Source: Laetmonice hystrix
Lineage: Eukaryota
DNA: 64,000 nucleotides
NCBI GenBank assembly: GCA_965235115.1
Contig: OZ249436.1
Location: 10,790,001-10,854,000, forward strand
Reading direction: 5' to 3'
The notes under the pieces are model-generated. The model did not search any database and was not told the DNA's origin. It saw nothing but the letters and a program-made list of their open reading frames with translations. The translations under genes and the position numbers were made by a program. Each line of letters begins with the position of its first letter. The stretch's first letter is position 1. This document shows, one piece after another, positions 24,242 through 38,777 of this stretch.

Positions 24242-25433
24242 TTTATTGTTGTCATAATTTTTTTAATACGGCAAAACATCTAAGCGGACCAATTTCTTTT
24301 TGTGCACCCTATATTTCGAAAGTGTAGAGGCTACATATCCAAGTACCCGTCCGTGGTGTCCGGGACAGGCGCTCGGCGTCATGGGAACCGTTGTTCATTG
24401 ATTTTCATCAACAAAAACACAGAATCATGGATCAGCAATTATCACACCAGAAAAAAGGCAATGCCACTGTGTTCCTGTCAGAAATGTGCAGCAATATCCT
24501 GCCGTCAAATTGTGAGCGAATCAGGTAAAGATGGAGAATTTCTTCTCTTTGTCTGGGCGTATTCTGACAGCCCTGACAGAATCATTTTGTTCTCATTGAA
24601 ATGAATCGCAGTCTGTAATTGGTTCGCCCCAGTTTTGTGCTTTTGTAAACCTGTGTCAATTCTTTAAAGTGAACCGCTAGGCGCATGTTGACCAACGTTA
24701 ACATGCGATATGTTCTTTTAATTACTCTTCCATGCTCTCATTAGATATAGCGAAAAGAACCTTCGACTTATTGACGTGCACTGGGGAATATTCAAAAAGG
24801 GAGTTGTAAACAATATTGCATTTGATGCAGTCATGCCATGTGGTGGGGTATCCCCATCGATTGGTGAAATATTGAGCCAATAGACCCCGCGACCAGTAAT
24901 ATAAAAACTAAACGCCTCTCCGTCCGCGACTGGTCAAGTGGCCCTCCTCCTGGAAGCGGGGACTGGGTCGACAACTCCAAGAGACCTATAAACTAGGCAG
25001 CCGGGTCAATGTATGCTCTGACTGTTGGCCACAACTTCTGCTCGACATATTCCATTCTATCGGCCCATATCTAAAGGCAGACGTACGATACCTAGCAGGT
25101 AAACCCATGGGTCAGGAGCCAACCTGTTGAGCCTTTCTTAGCTGTCCAATAAAATTCATAAATCATCTTCTCAACTATACACATCCACCGTCGTTCCCTT
25201 CTATAAATCAAAGGCTTTTCATTACTGAAAGCAAATAACCGGGTTGCCCTATGGCTCTCAGGGGAGTTCGACTTCTGGCTGGCCTTGCGTTTAATGTATC
25301 CTATAGGGTGGTTCAATTCTGCTTCCCCGTTCGGGAAAATGGGAAGTGAATGTCGCGGGGGAATACTTCGTGTACTATAGCGGACCGGTGTTCTTCTGTG
25401 GAACGACGTCATAACGTAAAAACTGGCGCGTCG

Positions 25434-25997
25434 GTAATGAAAGACAGGATTGTCACATTGATCTCACTGTATCATTCAGACAGTGGGATCAATCTTACAT
25501 GAAATCATGGACAGTAGTACATCATTCTCCGGCACGTGTACATACACGGTAATGGGAGACAGGATTGTCACATTGATCTCACTGTATCATTCAGACAGTG
25601 GGATCAATGAAATCATGGACAGTAGTACATCATTCTCCGGCACGTGTACATACACGGTAATGAAAGACAGGATTGTCACATTGATCTCACTGTATCATTC
25701 AGACAGTGGGATCAATCTTACATGAAATCATGAAGAGTAGTACATCATTCTCCGGCACGTGTAGCATACACGGTAATGAGAGACAGGATTGTCACATTGA
25801 TCTCACTGTATCATTCAGACAGTGGGATCAATCTTACATGAAATCATGGACAGTAGTACATCATTCTCCGGCACGTGTACATACACGGTAATGAAAGACA
25901 GGATTGTCACATTGATCTCACTGTATCATTCAGACAGTGGGATCAATCTTACATGAAATCATGGACAGTAGTACATCATTCTCCGGCACGTGTAGCA
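25434..25997. repeat. ~115-bp tandem repeat, ~5 copies, each with a stem-loop
   Basis: AGACAGGATTGTCAC recurs at ~25441, 25556, 25664, 25780 and 25895. Confidence 0.95.
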
Positions 25998-27193
25998 TAG
26001 AAGCATGCCCTCTTGCACATAATGATATGGGGGTTAAAATGTATGCAACTGAATTTCACGTCTTACCTCTTGTGCATAGTTCGGCATCCTAACCCCGAGA
26101 CGATTTCATTCATATCAATGCGTCGTCACTTTGCGAAACAATTGACAAACCAGATGTTAAAAGACACACACTTGTTAGAACGGGGTGATAATCGAAGCGG
26201 TGATATTAATGAATGCACCATTAGTAGCTCTATTTCTATAGTTTCTTCACTTATTCTGCCAGCACCTGACACCAGTTTTGATTAGCATTGCTTCTGCTAG
26301 AGACCTAACAATTGAATATTCGATTGGAATTGAATGGTTTCGTGGTCCCTTATTTTTCTCGCCAGTGTCAACACTGAAGCTGAATTGTCGTTGCCACTAT
26401 GCCTCATAATTACTAGAACCTGACAGGTGGGCGTTAACACTCGCCATCATCCATGTTAGTTCGTTTGTCAACCACCGGGTCCATTACTGCCATTCACACA
26501 CACGCTCAAACCAATTGGGAAAGGAAATCCCTGAAAGGATTTGGAGCAAAAGGCCGTCAAGCTGGGACGTTTTACTCATCACGACCCGTGGATAGCGACT
26601 AATGTTCGATCACATGGCCGCGCTTGTCATCAACGTATTAGTGACGGCGAGGCGCGCATGTATAATGATACAAGTAATCCTCAGGGTATGAAGTAATGTG
26701 TCACTTTTAGTGAGAGCACTTAATTGTCTGACGTGCGTACAGTTATCAGAGCTTCATTCTTACTTACATTGGGTACGTTATGAAACCCCTTGTTATATAC
26801 CCTTTCTCTGCCTCTCATTCTCAACAGGGGAAACAGGAAGTCTGTTTAACCGTAAACCGGAATAGAATTTATTCACGATCTACGTCAAAGCCTCAATGTA
26901 CCACACTACTTCCACTTATGGAATAAATCATGCACCCAGTCTACCGTTAAATCCCCTGCCGATAGATAGGCGGATACGTCCAGGGAAAATAACCAAACAG
27001 CATGGCTTGAAAACAAGGTTTGAAACCATTGCCTTCAATCAAAGTCCAAATAAACTCGGTGTCATTCCATCCAAGATCTTCTTAAATAATAAACATGGAA
27101 AATTAGTTATTTGTCAAATTCAAATACATAGAGTATTCCAACCCATATCTCGGCCAGCCTATGTCATCGACCCTGCACTTGTGATCTCCCAAT

Positions 27194-27533
27194 CAGTGGC
27201 GTCGAGGAGGGGGGCGGGGGGCAGAGGGGTAGTGCTTCGTGCCCGGGCCAGATGTGGGGGAATCTGATAGAAAGTCAGTGGGGGATCCAGGATTTTGATA
27301 AGGGGGGCACCTAAAACAATTTTTGGCCTCACTACGCCCGGTATGATTAGATTGTGAGGGCTATAGGGGGCCCCATGAGTTGATGCAGCCCCGCCCGGTA
27401 TGATTTGATTGTGAGGGCTATAGGGGGCCCCATGAGCTGTGCAGCCCCGCCCGGTATGATTTGATTGTGAGGGCTATAGGGGGCCCCATGAGTTGTGCAG
27501 CCCCGGGGCCCACCCTGGCTTTCGACGTCACTG
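27194..27533. mobile_element. hAT MITE with 8-bp TSD and internal ~53-bp tandem triplication
   Basis: TIRs CAGTGGCGTCGA / TCGACGTCACTG; TSD CTCCCAAT at 27186-27193 and 27534-27541. Confidence 0.85.
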
Positions 27534-28158
27534 CTCCCAATCCCCTCATTGACTGCCTACTATACAAAATAGCGATATTCGAATATTCACCAGTCATCAA
27601 CAAGCGAATTTTGAAGCTCTCGGACAGTTTGCTCCTCTTTCCCGTGTTGTTGTCGCCTGCAACAACTTCCCACTTCTATATACTACGTACACCCCTCGAC
27701 TGACTTCGACCTCGTTATGCTAATATTAACGTCCTAAGATCGCCACCTGTCTCACGTGCCCCGACCGTATACCACTGCACACCATGGTGGGTTGGAGAAG
27801 TGTTTTTAAACTTACATGACTTATTAAAATACCTGACTAGGTCTGTCCACCGTCCACGCCTGGTAAAACGTCCTAATATTTATCCTCGGGCTATATGGAG
27901 TATCCATTTCAGTGCATCTGCCACGGGAATAGAGGAAAACTAATAATCGACAGCATGTTTAAAGTGTGGCTAATCCTCGAGGATGAGGTGCAGGCTGTCG
28001 ATAGTATTTTCCGGGAAGATGTGGACGGTCAATATCTATTTCTACGTGCAGCTGGTTGTTATCTGAGAGTTGTCCCACGAACGCTAGCACTGCACATCCG
28101 CCAGCCTGCTCGTCCGGAGGGGGGGGGGGGGAGAGAACACTACACTTACTATATGGTG

Positions 28159-28215
28159 GAGAGAGAGAGAGACAGACAGAGACAGAGACAGAGACAGAGA
28201 CAGAGACAGAGAGAG
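28159..28215. repeat. (GA)n/(GAGACA)n microsatellite
   Basis: Directly visible. Confidence 0.9.
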
Positions 28216-30024
28216 CGACTAGAACGTATAGTAGTACATCGGTAAGCAGCCGCTGTGTACTTTGTTAGGTTAAAGTGCCATTTCGGACATCATTTTACCG
28301 TCATTCCCTCTCTATTCCGAGTTTATATGTAACTGGGCACTCTCAAATCGTATGGTATATTCTATCTTAGCTGAAACACCTTTTTTCGTTTACATAAATC
28401 CATGCAAATTGCCATCATGCTTATATATATCGCCACTGCAGTGTTCCCTCACACCATCTTGAAACAGGGGAATGCATGGAAGTATCAAAGAGGATAGAAC
28501 AGATGTTGAAGAATTCAGCCGCGCTGCCAGCCGCCGCGCCTCTGCGACAGTAGGCGGCAAGCCGGGCCAGGTCCCTGTGGCACGGCTAGGGGTGGGGTAG
28601 GGGTGGGGGCACGAGACTTATCGTTAGCAGGTGTGTCGGCTTCAACTAACGGAACCGTCTAGTCACTGCCCCTGCCTGCAGGCACCAGCTGCGGCAAAGC
28701 GCCTGTCTCCGTGGCCAGGCCCAATGCGGCACTTTCTCATAACCCATATCAGTCCCAACGGGCTCCTCCTATCCATTCCCCGTGGAGCTGATATAAATTC
28801 TACATCAAACAGACTAGCAAGCAGTGTGACTTGTTCGAAGAGGTGCTTCAAATGGACCAGAAACAACATCTATGGAATTATTGCCAATGAACGTTTAGAC
28901 AAAAGTAAGGTTGCACGCCAAAATGACGTGTGGCCACGGGATCAAAAATAATTAAAACAAGCATATAAAACTAGTACACAAAATTACCTCTTTCATATTG
29001 TTTCAACTTTAGGTTATAGTTTTGGGCTTATATTAGTGTATAAAAGCTTATACCTCTACGCAGTTGAAATGCCTGACACCGAAATTTACATAACTGTGAA
29101 AATAGTGTTAAGCTACATGGCTAAAACCAGGTTGATGCGTGTCTACATAATAATAATAATAATTTCTACGATACTTATAGGGAACAGCAGCCGGACCCTC
29201 GAAAAGTTCTAAATTCCAAGAACGGATCTTACCTTGATATTAATCGAGCCGATTGAAATGTGTGCATTGGGCGTGCTGTCATGAGCAATGCAGAACTCCT
29301 GGCCCCTCTCTCAGACGAGCAGTGTGTAATGACTGGTAACGGGCCACATGAGTTCTCTCCTGTCGTGTGCCTTTATTCCGTCAGTGAAAACGAACCTACT
29401 CATGATATTGTTGGTCCCCAGAAAGAAGGAACGTGACGAAACCTGTTGGTGTACCTTCTGAGTCGGCTGATGACAATCAAATTAGCTGACAGCTCTCGAT
29501 GACGTCCGAGCAAGAGCTCAGAGAGTCACGTGCCTGAGTCTGCTCGAGCGCGGGAACTTCTTCTTCCTGACGACATTGTATGTTACGCACAGATAAACGC
29601 TAAGTACTAGAGAAAGAATGGCCTGTTTTATCTATTCGTCCGTACAAACTGTCCCTTCTGTCCGAGTGTACAACTACTGATGGCAAGAATAGTATAGAGT
29701 AGATCTATTCCACTATTCTTGCTGATGGCCGTTAACTGGGAAATATGGAAGGAAACAGCAGGGCAGACGTTTGTTTGTTTATTTCTCGTTCCAAGTTACC
29801 AACAAGTTTTCCTTGCCCATGACCAGGTTTCCTCATTTAGGCCTACTTGGCGTTAAAAACCTAGAACAACCAGTTTTCCAACGAGTGGGAATTGACGAGA
29901 ACAACTTGTTACTTTTCCCTTTCTACACGGGCACTTTTTTGTCGTCAATAAAAACTTGTCAAGGAAAACTTGTTCGTGTAGAATAGGCTTCCAATTAGTG
30001 ATAAAGGAAATAACAAACCTGTGA

Positions 30025-30212
30025 AGGGCTTGATCCACTGACCCGGCCCGCCGACCGATTTGGGCATTTCACCGTTATGATTGGCCGTAAAATCAAAAAT
30101 CACGAATACATGATTTTATGTTTTCGGTGAGATGCATTCTTGATTTTTGACCACCACAGCCAACCATAGCAAAATCCGCCGGCCGGCCGGCCGGGCCAGT
30201 GGACAAGGCCCT
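30025..30212. mobile_element. MITE with AGGG..CCCT ends (Kolobok-like?)
   Basis: AGGGCTTGATCCACTGACCCGGCC / GGCCGGGCCAGTGGACAAGGCCCT; right flank TTAA, left flank imperfect. Confidence 0.55.
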
Positions 30213-33200
30213 TTAAATGTTTAATATCTTAATATCTCACGGCTATAGGGATGGATCTCAATATTCGATTTTAAACATCTTGACATTGACATTGAATACA
30301 AATTAGGCCAAAGCTTATATTGCTGAGCCGAAAGGATTGCCATGGGGGGAGTCTGGCATCCAAATGTGTAGGCCATGGGCCAGATATGGTCCCCGTGCAC
30401 CCCCCACACCACTCAACAAAACTATGTTTTTCTGAAGCTCCTGGATCTACTGAACACGAATATGCATGTTAACATCGAAAATTTAGGGATGCACTCCATG
30501 TTTTGATTGCTTTTATGTGTTTTGGGGATAAATCCACGTTTTTTAAAATCTCACCTTATAAGAAGGGTAGGCACAGCTAGGAAAAAAAATCAAAAAGGGG
30601 GAATTATGACAAGTACAAGTGTTAATTTTTTACATTATTTAATCAAAACTTTTCTCAACGGTTACCATGGCAACGAACATTTTGGGGTAAAAAAATACGT
30701 TTTGGGGGGACCAAATTTTAAAAATTCATATTTCAGAAGTCATATGAAATATTTGAGTAGTTTCAACAGTAACTCCATTCTGAGATACCCAGGCAGTTTT
30801 TTAGTTACCTTTATGTACAATACATTCAGAAAGAATAGTCTGAGTAGGCCTATATGAGTCCATCAAGATTTGAACGAAACTAATTAGCCACATTTCTCTT
30901 TCTTAAGTATGACTAATGAACAAAGGGAGTAATTCTTGAGGGTTAAAGTGTCGTGAAGCAGTGAAAAGTCTCTGACGGTGAGCCGTGACCTGGTAGGTGA
31001 CCTCCAGTGACGTCATTCCAATCCGTTCTGGGTGTTTTTGCGTCTCCTTTGACGGCTTAAAAGCAGCTGGCAATAGGTTTCGTACACCCGGCTGCCGAAG
31101 CTGGTCAGGCGAAGGAAGAATATTGCTTGCTGTCGTCACAGGCCTCCCTGCCCCTAATCGCCGGGAAGGCCACAATTTATTTTGCCTGGCCATATAATAT
31201 CCAAGGCGAATTCCTCACGTCATTTGGTTAAGAAAATGATGTGCGGTTATTCGCCGAGGTGGACCAAGAGTCACTGCTGCATTGCAGATGTTGTGACATC
31301 AAGAAGCCAAGCTTCACTGTCTGAAAATTGGTAAGGCTGCTATACAAGGAATTCATCGCCAATTCCTTTTGCCATTAGAGACCTTCTACAACGTCCTATT
31401 TTGATCCAACTGCAATCAAAGTGATCGTCAGATACTTCCTTACCACTGCATGAGATGTAGCGCACACCCTCCCTCTCAATAACAGGTCATCTGATAGGAC
31501 GGTTGGTTCCAATCTGTGCCACACCAGGCAAGGTGCCACGGCAGGCAAGAAAGCCTTTCAAACACTACTGGGAACTCCTGATCCAATGTCGTATAGTGCC
31601 CATCACTTTAAGAGTTCTTTATTAACTAGAATGTGCCTTTGCATGAGCGTATGCATTTTGACATGGAACACTACAGTAGGGCCTACATGGTGGCTATTAG
31701 CTGACTCAGCGATAACACCAACAACTCACTCATTATTGGCCATTAGATCTACGAATTTTACCCCACCCCCACCCCACAAGGCAATGTGAGACCCGATTCG
31801 GAAAGAAAAGTTCTTCTATGTTTCTTCTGCGTTAATACAACTTCAGTTTCTCTGAGCTGCCGTTCTGACTACGCCTTCAAAACACACAAAACAGGAAAAC
31901 AGCCTGGCGAAAGGTTTTAGAGCAACGCTGACATGAAGAATAAATAACAATTGAGCGTATCAATAAACGCGAATTCTTGGTCATATTAGGCTGTGTAAGG
32001 CAACTTAAAACATGATTTACTGCACGTCTAGCTAGTCTTTGACCTGGAATATGTCTCCGTTCGGAAGATTCCCCTTAGCACATCACATAAACGTGCTAAT
32101 GCTTCTCTGGAAGGGGGAGAAGAGATTATTTTGGTATGGATGCGACAGGGCTTTCAAAGCAAACAGTTTTAGTGGCGACGTTGAGGATGGCGATCGAAAC
32201 TCCCATCCTGAAGGACCCTAGTTACCCCGTTTCAATCGGCGGAGTGCGTGTCCATGTTTATCTATGCTCAGATCAGCTGAGACAAGCCAAATAAAACGTA
32301 ATTGCGACGCCTGGAAAGGAAGGTTTAAGATAAAACACAATAAAGTTGGGCAATTAAGTAGTCATGACAGGTTACCCCGAATGACGTCACGGTCACGACA
32401 TGTCAAAGTAAAGGTTTTGTAGTATTTTCTCCATTTATCTCACGGCTGAAATGGACATGTACTACTTTGGGAAAAGGATTTTTTTGTGTCTATTGCACGA
32501 TGACGTCTGGAGATTACGTGTAATTACGCCCTGATAAACTACGGTATTAATTACGCTCAGATACATAGTTTGCTTGACAACAAGCCAGTTCTGCCCAGGA
32601 AACCATAATTACAAGTTGGGTAACTAAGATGTCGTTGATAAGACATCGCCGTCTTCACAGCAAGCTGGTCCTGACGCCAGAAACATTTTATATTTCTATG
32701 CAATAATACTCGCTGACCCTGCCGACCCCACTGACAGGCGAGCGTCTCTCGCCTCGTGGCGTAACTTGCCGGTAGTGTGAATAACCGACCGACTTTGTTG
32801 AGCGGAAAGATATCTACGCGCCGGTAATCTGGGTCTTCCCGTGGGAGCTTTCCGACTTCTCAAATGGGTTATTTTGTCAGTAGTCGAGTCTGATATCAAC
32901 GAAGGTTTTTAAAAATGTTGTTTTTGTAACTATATGGACCAAATGGTACTGTCGCTATGACAACAGCTGAACCAGAACATTCTTCTGGTTACTTTTGTAT
33001 AGGCCAGGCGCGGGATCGACCGTAAGGGTCTGCCAGGTTTAAAATAAAGTAAAAGAAAAGTGAAGGAGAAATGGAAATAAGGGGAAAGGGCATGGGATTA
33101 TTTTGTAGAGAGGGGTTTTAAATATGAACGAAGCACCTTAGTGAAATAATCATTACAATGGGAGGCTCATCTGGTCGACAATTTTAAAACATCTGATTTA

Positions 33201-35238
33201 TGGAAACCTTTAAAAAAGTTCAATTGCCTTCTTAGCGCCAAAGTGGCGAGCAACAGAATTATGCCAGAAAGAAAGAATAATAAAAGATGTCAATGTGTGA
33301 GGGACATGCAGGCCGACAATGAGAGACCCACGGTGTGTAACAGATGCTGATCTCAGGCCTGACAGACAAACGTTTGAGGCGGTTGTTTGGTATAGCTAGT
33401 GCATCAAATACCACGGTAGTTGTGCACATGTATCCAGAATACAACGTATTCAATCAAAGTGTTTTGTATGTGGATCTCGTCACTACTGTTCCATCTATCT
33501 ATTTTACCACCCTATCCCCATTCCCCTGTCTTGACAACTCAAATATGAGAATCTTACATGGTTCTTCATGTATTCTGGCTCCACAGACATCCTTTTTGTG
33601 CCATTAAAAGTAAAGCCAGGGGATATGCAGTTAATCTGATAAGTAGAATGTACGTAAACTCTCGTTAATCCTCCTTTAATGCTGAAATCTGTTAATTGTT
33701 CCATATCGGCACAGAGTCTTTCATTACACTTCAGAGACCGATTAAATGTGCCCTGCAAGAAAGTTCTACGCCGGGAGAGTTAGAAATAACAGGATTCATA
33801 AAGTAAAGTCCAAGGGAGAAAAGGACTGATGTAAAGTTTGTGTTCTCATACCTAATTTACAATCATACTGTATGATCGTTAGTCATGGTTGCTTGTAATT
33901 AATGGCAGTCTATATCTTAACTGGCACCAATCCGTATGGGTAATGATGATGTAACACGGATCAGTAGATCGTGACTGGATGGGAAGGGCCTGGCTATCAG
34001 ACACGGCCTGGCCGGAATAACAGCCAGCCGACTGGCACGGCCTGATAGGAAGTCGGCCGTACCACATCGGAAATCGATCGTCATTAATCGACACCATGTC
34101 CCTTGTAATCTGAGCAACTACGTCTCGTGGCGTCACGCGGAGTCTCGCTGTCGTCATCGGTTGCCAAGCGACCACCCAGCCGACCGCCCTACCTCCTCCG
34201 CGCGGCCTAAAGCTCTTAGGCCTTTATAGATCCTCTGTCCCGGCTCAAAGTATTGAAACGTTGGCTCAACATTTCTTATTTCTTCAAACCATTGTTTTAC
34301 AAAATATACATCAAGTAAGAGACCCTTACATAGATCTGTTCCTGCCATGTTTTCTCTTTGAATATTATAGGCCCTTATAGGTAGGCCTAGAGGCGCAATA
34401 ATAATAGGCCCGGATGGGCGTCGGAGAAGTTTTCAACAGGATGCATGGATCGTCGTCATGGAGAGTGATTTACTACGACCCGTAATATTTAGGGGTCACA
34501 TGTAACCTAGCTTGCCTATAATTATAAAGCTTATTTCTATGATATAGAGTCTAAGAGATCCATTGTATTTCAACATAGGCATACTTTGTTCTAACCTGTT
34601 TTCTTCATGGAAACTGGCCACGATCGAGCATCTTTTATAAACGAATGTCTGAAATTTGACTAAGAATTTGTTAAACGTTAAAATTCAACGGCGACCTAAT
34701 TGCGGATATTCGAAAGGCGATTTGTTTTACTGAAAAGATAACTAGACTACTTGACTAATTGTTCGTTTGTTTTAAAACCTGCCGCATCAATTTCATGTAA
34801 TGGTGTGTTTTCCCTTCGAATCTTCGAAACACCACGGATTACCACGACAAAAATAGTGCAGGAACATATTAAAAACCACAGAATATTTGAAAACGTTTCT
34901 CTATTTGTACCATTAATATTCGTAGATTAGCGAAGCCAGGTCAGATATCTAGTAGGTTTTGTTAATTCCAATTCATTATTTTGACTTGTTTTCGGCTACG
35001 TATTGTCAGCCACATGTTCAAGCACATTTCAATATGTGTGAATATCTGCAATCAAAACAACGCGACCAGGAGAATGTCCCGGTGATTAGATTGAATACAA
35101 ATAGAAATAGAAATCACAGCTTCACTGATTCTGTTTATCCTGTTTGACAATTAACAGTGAAACAGTTATCATGCAGGCAATGCGGATTCCATCGAGGATT
35201 CTATTATTGTATTTCCTCGCATACAGGGGCAGGATTAT

Positions 35239-35343
35239 TATGGAGCCCCGGAAGGGGACATGCTAAAAAATAATTTTTAACTCGTGCGCACGAGTTACTA
35301 AGTCGTGCGCACGAGTTACTATAAGTCGTGCGCACGACTTAGT
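35239..35343 (+). repeat. Truncated TATGGAGCCCC-ended element with three GTGCGCAC palindromic repeats
   Basis: TATGGAGCCCCGGAAGGGGACATGCT..TTTTAACTCGTGCGCACGAGTTACTAAG; related to 21579-21778 in the opposite orientation. Confidence 0.7.
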
Positions 35344-37527
35344 GGTGAGGACTAGTCTTCATACAGTTAACAGTCGGGGTTCACGGACATCTTCTTTCCG
35401 TACTCGAGGTCGGTTTAATATCAACGCACTTTAGGTACATCCAGCTGTAACCATGTAATGAACCAGATCCCTGAAGTTGATTTCTAATACACGTGACAAC
35501 ATGACCCTTTTACTATGAGTGTCTCACACTTGATATGATGCCATGCTTCCTACTCAGTAGGCCTAGGCCTACACAGGCCTACAAGATATCCTTGTATAGT
35601 GGAGCCCTAGGTTAAATAAAAAACTGCCTTCGTTTCTACCATGATTAAACATTCAAGAAGACATTCAATAGAGTTTTTATTTTTACATAATAGTTAGGGC
35701 TAAGGCATATCTGATAAGTAACCTAAGTAATAAATAAATGTAGGCCTAAGTAATCACAATAAATGGTATAGACTATTCTCGTATGCTATAATGGAAGGGG
35801 ACAGGCTGACTGGAACAACAGGGAAAACACCAACATATAGAAAATAATAAGGAAGCTTGGTGTTGTCCGGGGTATGTTGGGTTAGCAGCTGTCAATAAGG
35901 CTATAGTTTCCTTGATCAAGCTCCATGTTGGAATTTTTAGATTTATGTCTGAACTCAGTATTTGGGGAAAACCACCAAACCAGGAGCCTCGCTTTGAAAT
36001 CAATGGACGACTGGATGTCCTCTATGAGACGGCTCGGGAACGCTGTCAGGATCGAACATCATAACTTCATCCCAAACCTCCCAAATGTACAGGAAGCCAT
36101 TTATCTGTCTGCCCTTGACGGATCGTCCGTGCACCTGTGCCCGAAACCTCTCCATATCTCGCTCTTAGCTGATGCCAATGTCATATTCTGGAGGGAACCG
36201 ATCTCTGCCAAACCTATTATCCCGATCTTCTCCATATAATGTACATGCGCAGTTGTGGTGAATTATCTTACAACTGTAGACGCTCGGTGTGTCGGGCCAA
36301 GCTCTAGCTGGGCCCACATGGGTGCTGCTAATATTATATGCTGAAACACATCAAACTGTTAGGCCACCTTAAAACACAAAGCAATCGAACAAAGGTAGGT
36401 CTATACAGTTTGCGTTTTTAAAACGGCACTCTAATGTTGCCAACACATGTGGAACAAATTATCGGTGGTCTTTTATATCCCTCCGAATGATTCTTTTTGC
36501 TATTTGTTTCTTTGTTTTGTTCCCTAATGGAATGTTTAGACAGAATAAGGACGGATGTAATCCTATGTCCCCGCCATCGACGCCGTCGTCGACATATAAT
36601 TTGTATACCATATTTTACCCTCGGACTGACTATGCTCGATCTCCAAGCGCCACGTTCCCGTATATTTAAAGGAAATATGTCACGGGGGTATCGACCGAAA
36701 TCTTCAGTTTTCTGCTTACCTGCTCACCACTGACGTACTTTATGGCACTGATTGATTTTCATATTGATTCTGTTAACACATACTACGAGTAGACAGCTGT
36801 GAAATTCTCCCTAATGTAGAAAAATGAATAAAACTAGCTGCAGTGTCCGCAAAGTGCGATGAATCCGCCATCTAAGTAAATAACAAATAAATAAATAAAT
36901 AACAAATCTACAAAATGATAGTGGGACTATAATGGTCCATCCGCCGATCGTGTGAAAAGGGTGCAAAACACAGCCGGCTGCAAATCCTGGGGTCTCGGAA
37001 TCTAAGTGTGTCATTTTCAGTGACCGCATTAAGAATTGGCGATTTTTTTTTTACAAAATACCGGCCAAGGCTACATAAACAGGTAGGGGACCTTTGGGGC
37101 ATATCGGAGAACCGTAATGCAGACATATTCTTGCTGAAACACGACGTATTATTTGAAATTCGTGACATAATACCTTTAATCCTGGTTATAGAAGAGATCA
37201 TGAATGATGTCAAGATAGATCGTACAGTAGAGGCAACATGCTGGAGCAGTCCTTCAGCTTATAAATCTGCAGAATAGGCTCTACCAAACTAAATTATAGG
37301 CGAATACTTCTACAGTACATTTAACTAAAAATACACACAAAAACACTAAACAAACAACAAAAATACATGCACCCCCCCCCACACACACACACAGACACAG
37401 ACACATTAAAGCTAGTTTTGTAACTGATTACCTTTGGCGCATAATTATGAGTCTGTAGGCCCTATCGGAACACGTCCCTTTACCAAGCTAGACCGTTCTT
37501 GGCTATGAAAGCCAGTGAAAAAACCAT

Positions 37528-37714
37528 CAGGGCCGTAATTCCTGGGGGGGGGAGAGTTAGGGGGATAAGGACGGATTAAACCCCCCCCCCAATATTTTCG
37601 CTGGGGCCTAATGATTAGCCTAATTTGCTAGGGAGAATCTTTGACTCTTCCTCCTCAATAATTCAATGGAAATTATCTAGCCCCCTCAATAATTTGATGG
37701 AAATTACGGTCCTG
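37528..37714. mobile_element. hAT-like MITE
   Basis: TIRs CAGGGCCGTAATT / AATTACGGTCCTG; no TSD seen. Confidence 0.55.
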
Positions 37715-38777
37715 CGGACCGCATGACAATTAACCATCCATCGTCCTCTCCCTTAGGTTTGCTGTGAAGTGTTGTCAAGATACATTTACCCACATACCGG
37801 TCACATCATAGGACCGGACACGTCGACAAAGACGCCCCACGCCACGATTTTATCCAATATCGTTCGCTCTACCATGAGGGCTGTGTAAGAGGACCATTCA
37901 GACATCCGTCGATTCTATCGGTAATATTTTGAAAGGGTCCATATAATGTGGTCCCCACTTGGCATTACGCTGAGCTTTATCACAAGGCTGGAGCATAGGA
38001 TCGTGTTAAACTGTTGGTATCAATCGGAAACTCCAGTAATGGATACATTTTTATTCGACTTATAGTGGCAATTTATATCAATAAGTTTGACATGGAGGCT
38101 GGTATAATTGTATTATATTCATATATAGACATAACTTGGCCTATACAGTCGATTAAATAGCTCATATACCTAATTAAATTGACTCTGTTAATACCGGTAA
38201 AGCACATGCCCCGACATTTAAATGGATTAAAAGGTTTAAGAAAGGATAAAAGTATTGCCGTTAATCTCAGCTGGAAATTATAATCTGTCAAGTTCTATAT
38301 TCTCTCATTATACATGTATTGTTTTTCATATAGGGGGTAAAAACATTGAGGCGGATTTTATCTAGTAGAAAGAATGAATTTCACATGCTTGCAGGTAAAC
38401 TGACGATTCCTTAGACCCTAGTATGCACTATAGGTTATAACACATAACAGGAATGCAGAGTTTAGGATTGGGGGGGGGGGGGGGGGGAAACGTGGTTCGA
38501 CATGGATAGCTGACGACAAAAGGGGTGGGGTCGGGTCCACTGTACATGCGCGTTATTCTAATTTAGAGTGGACCGATCCAATCCACACTTTCCTTGAAGA
38601 ATCGTGATGGGAAAACGTTTATCTCTCGTATTAATACAGGATTAAGACGGCCTCTCACGCCGTGCAAATTATACCCGTAATTAAATGTCTCACCAGATTC
38701 CTCCAATCAAAGCTGTATGACCCGCAGGCCCTGTCTTGTATTCTGAAGCTGTGCTGTGTGCGCCACCTGTCGGGTTG

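Noticed and set aside
35880..36240. Antisense-looking ORF suggesting a decayed minus-strand coding fragment
   Set aside because: The minus frame has internal stops and no motif I can assign.
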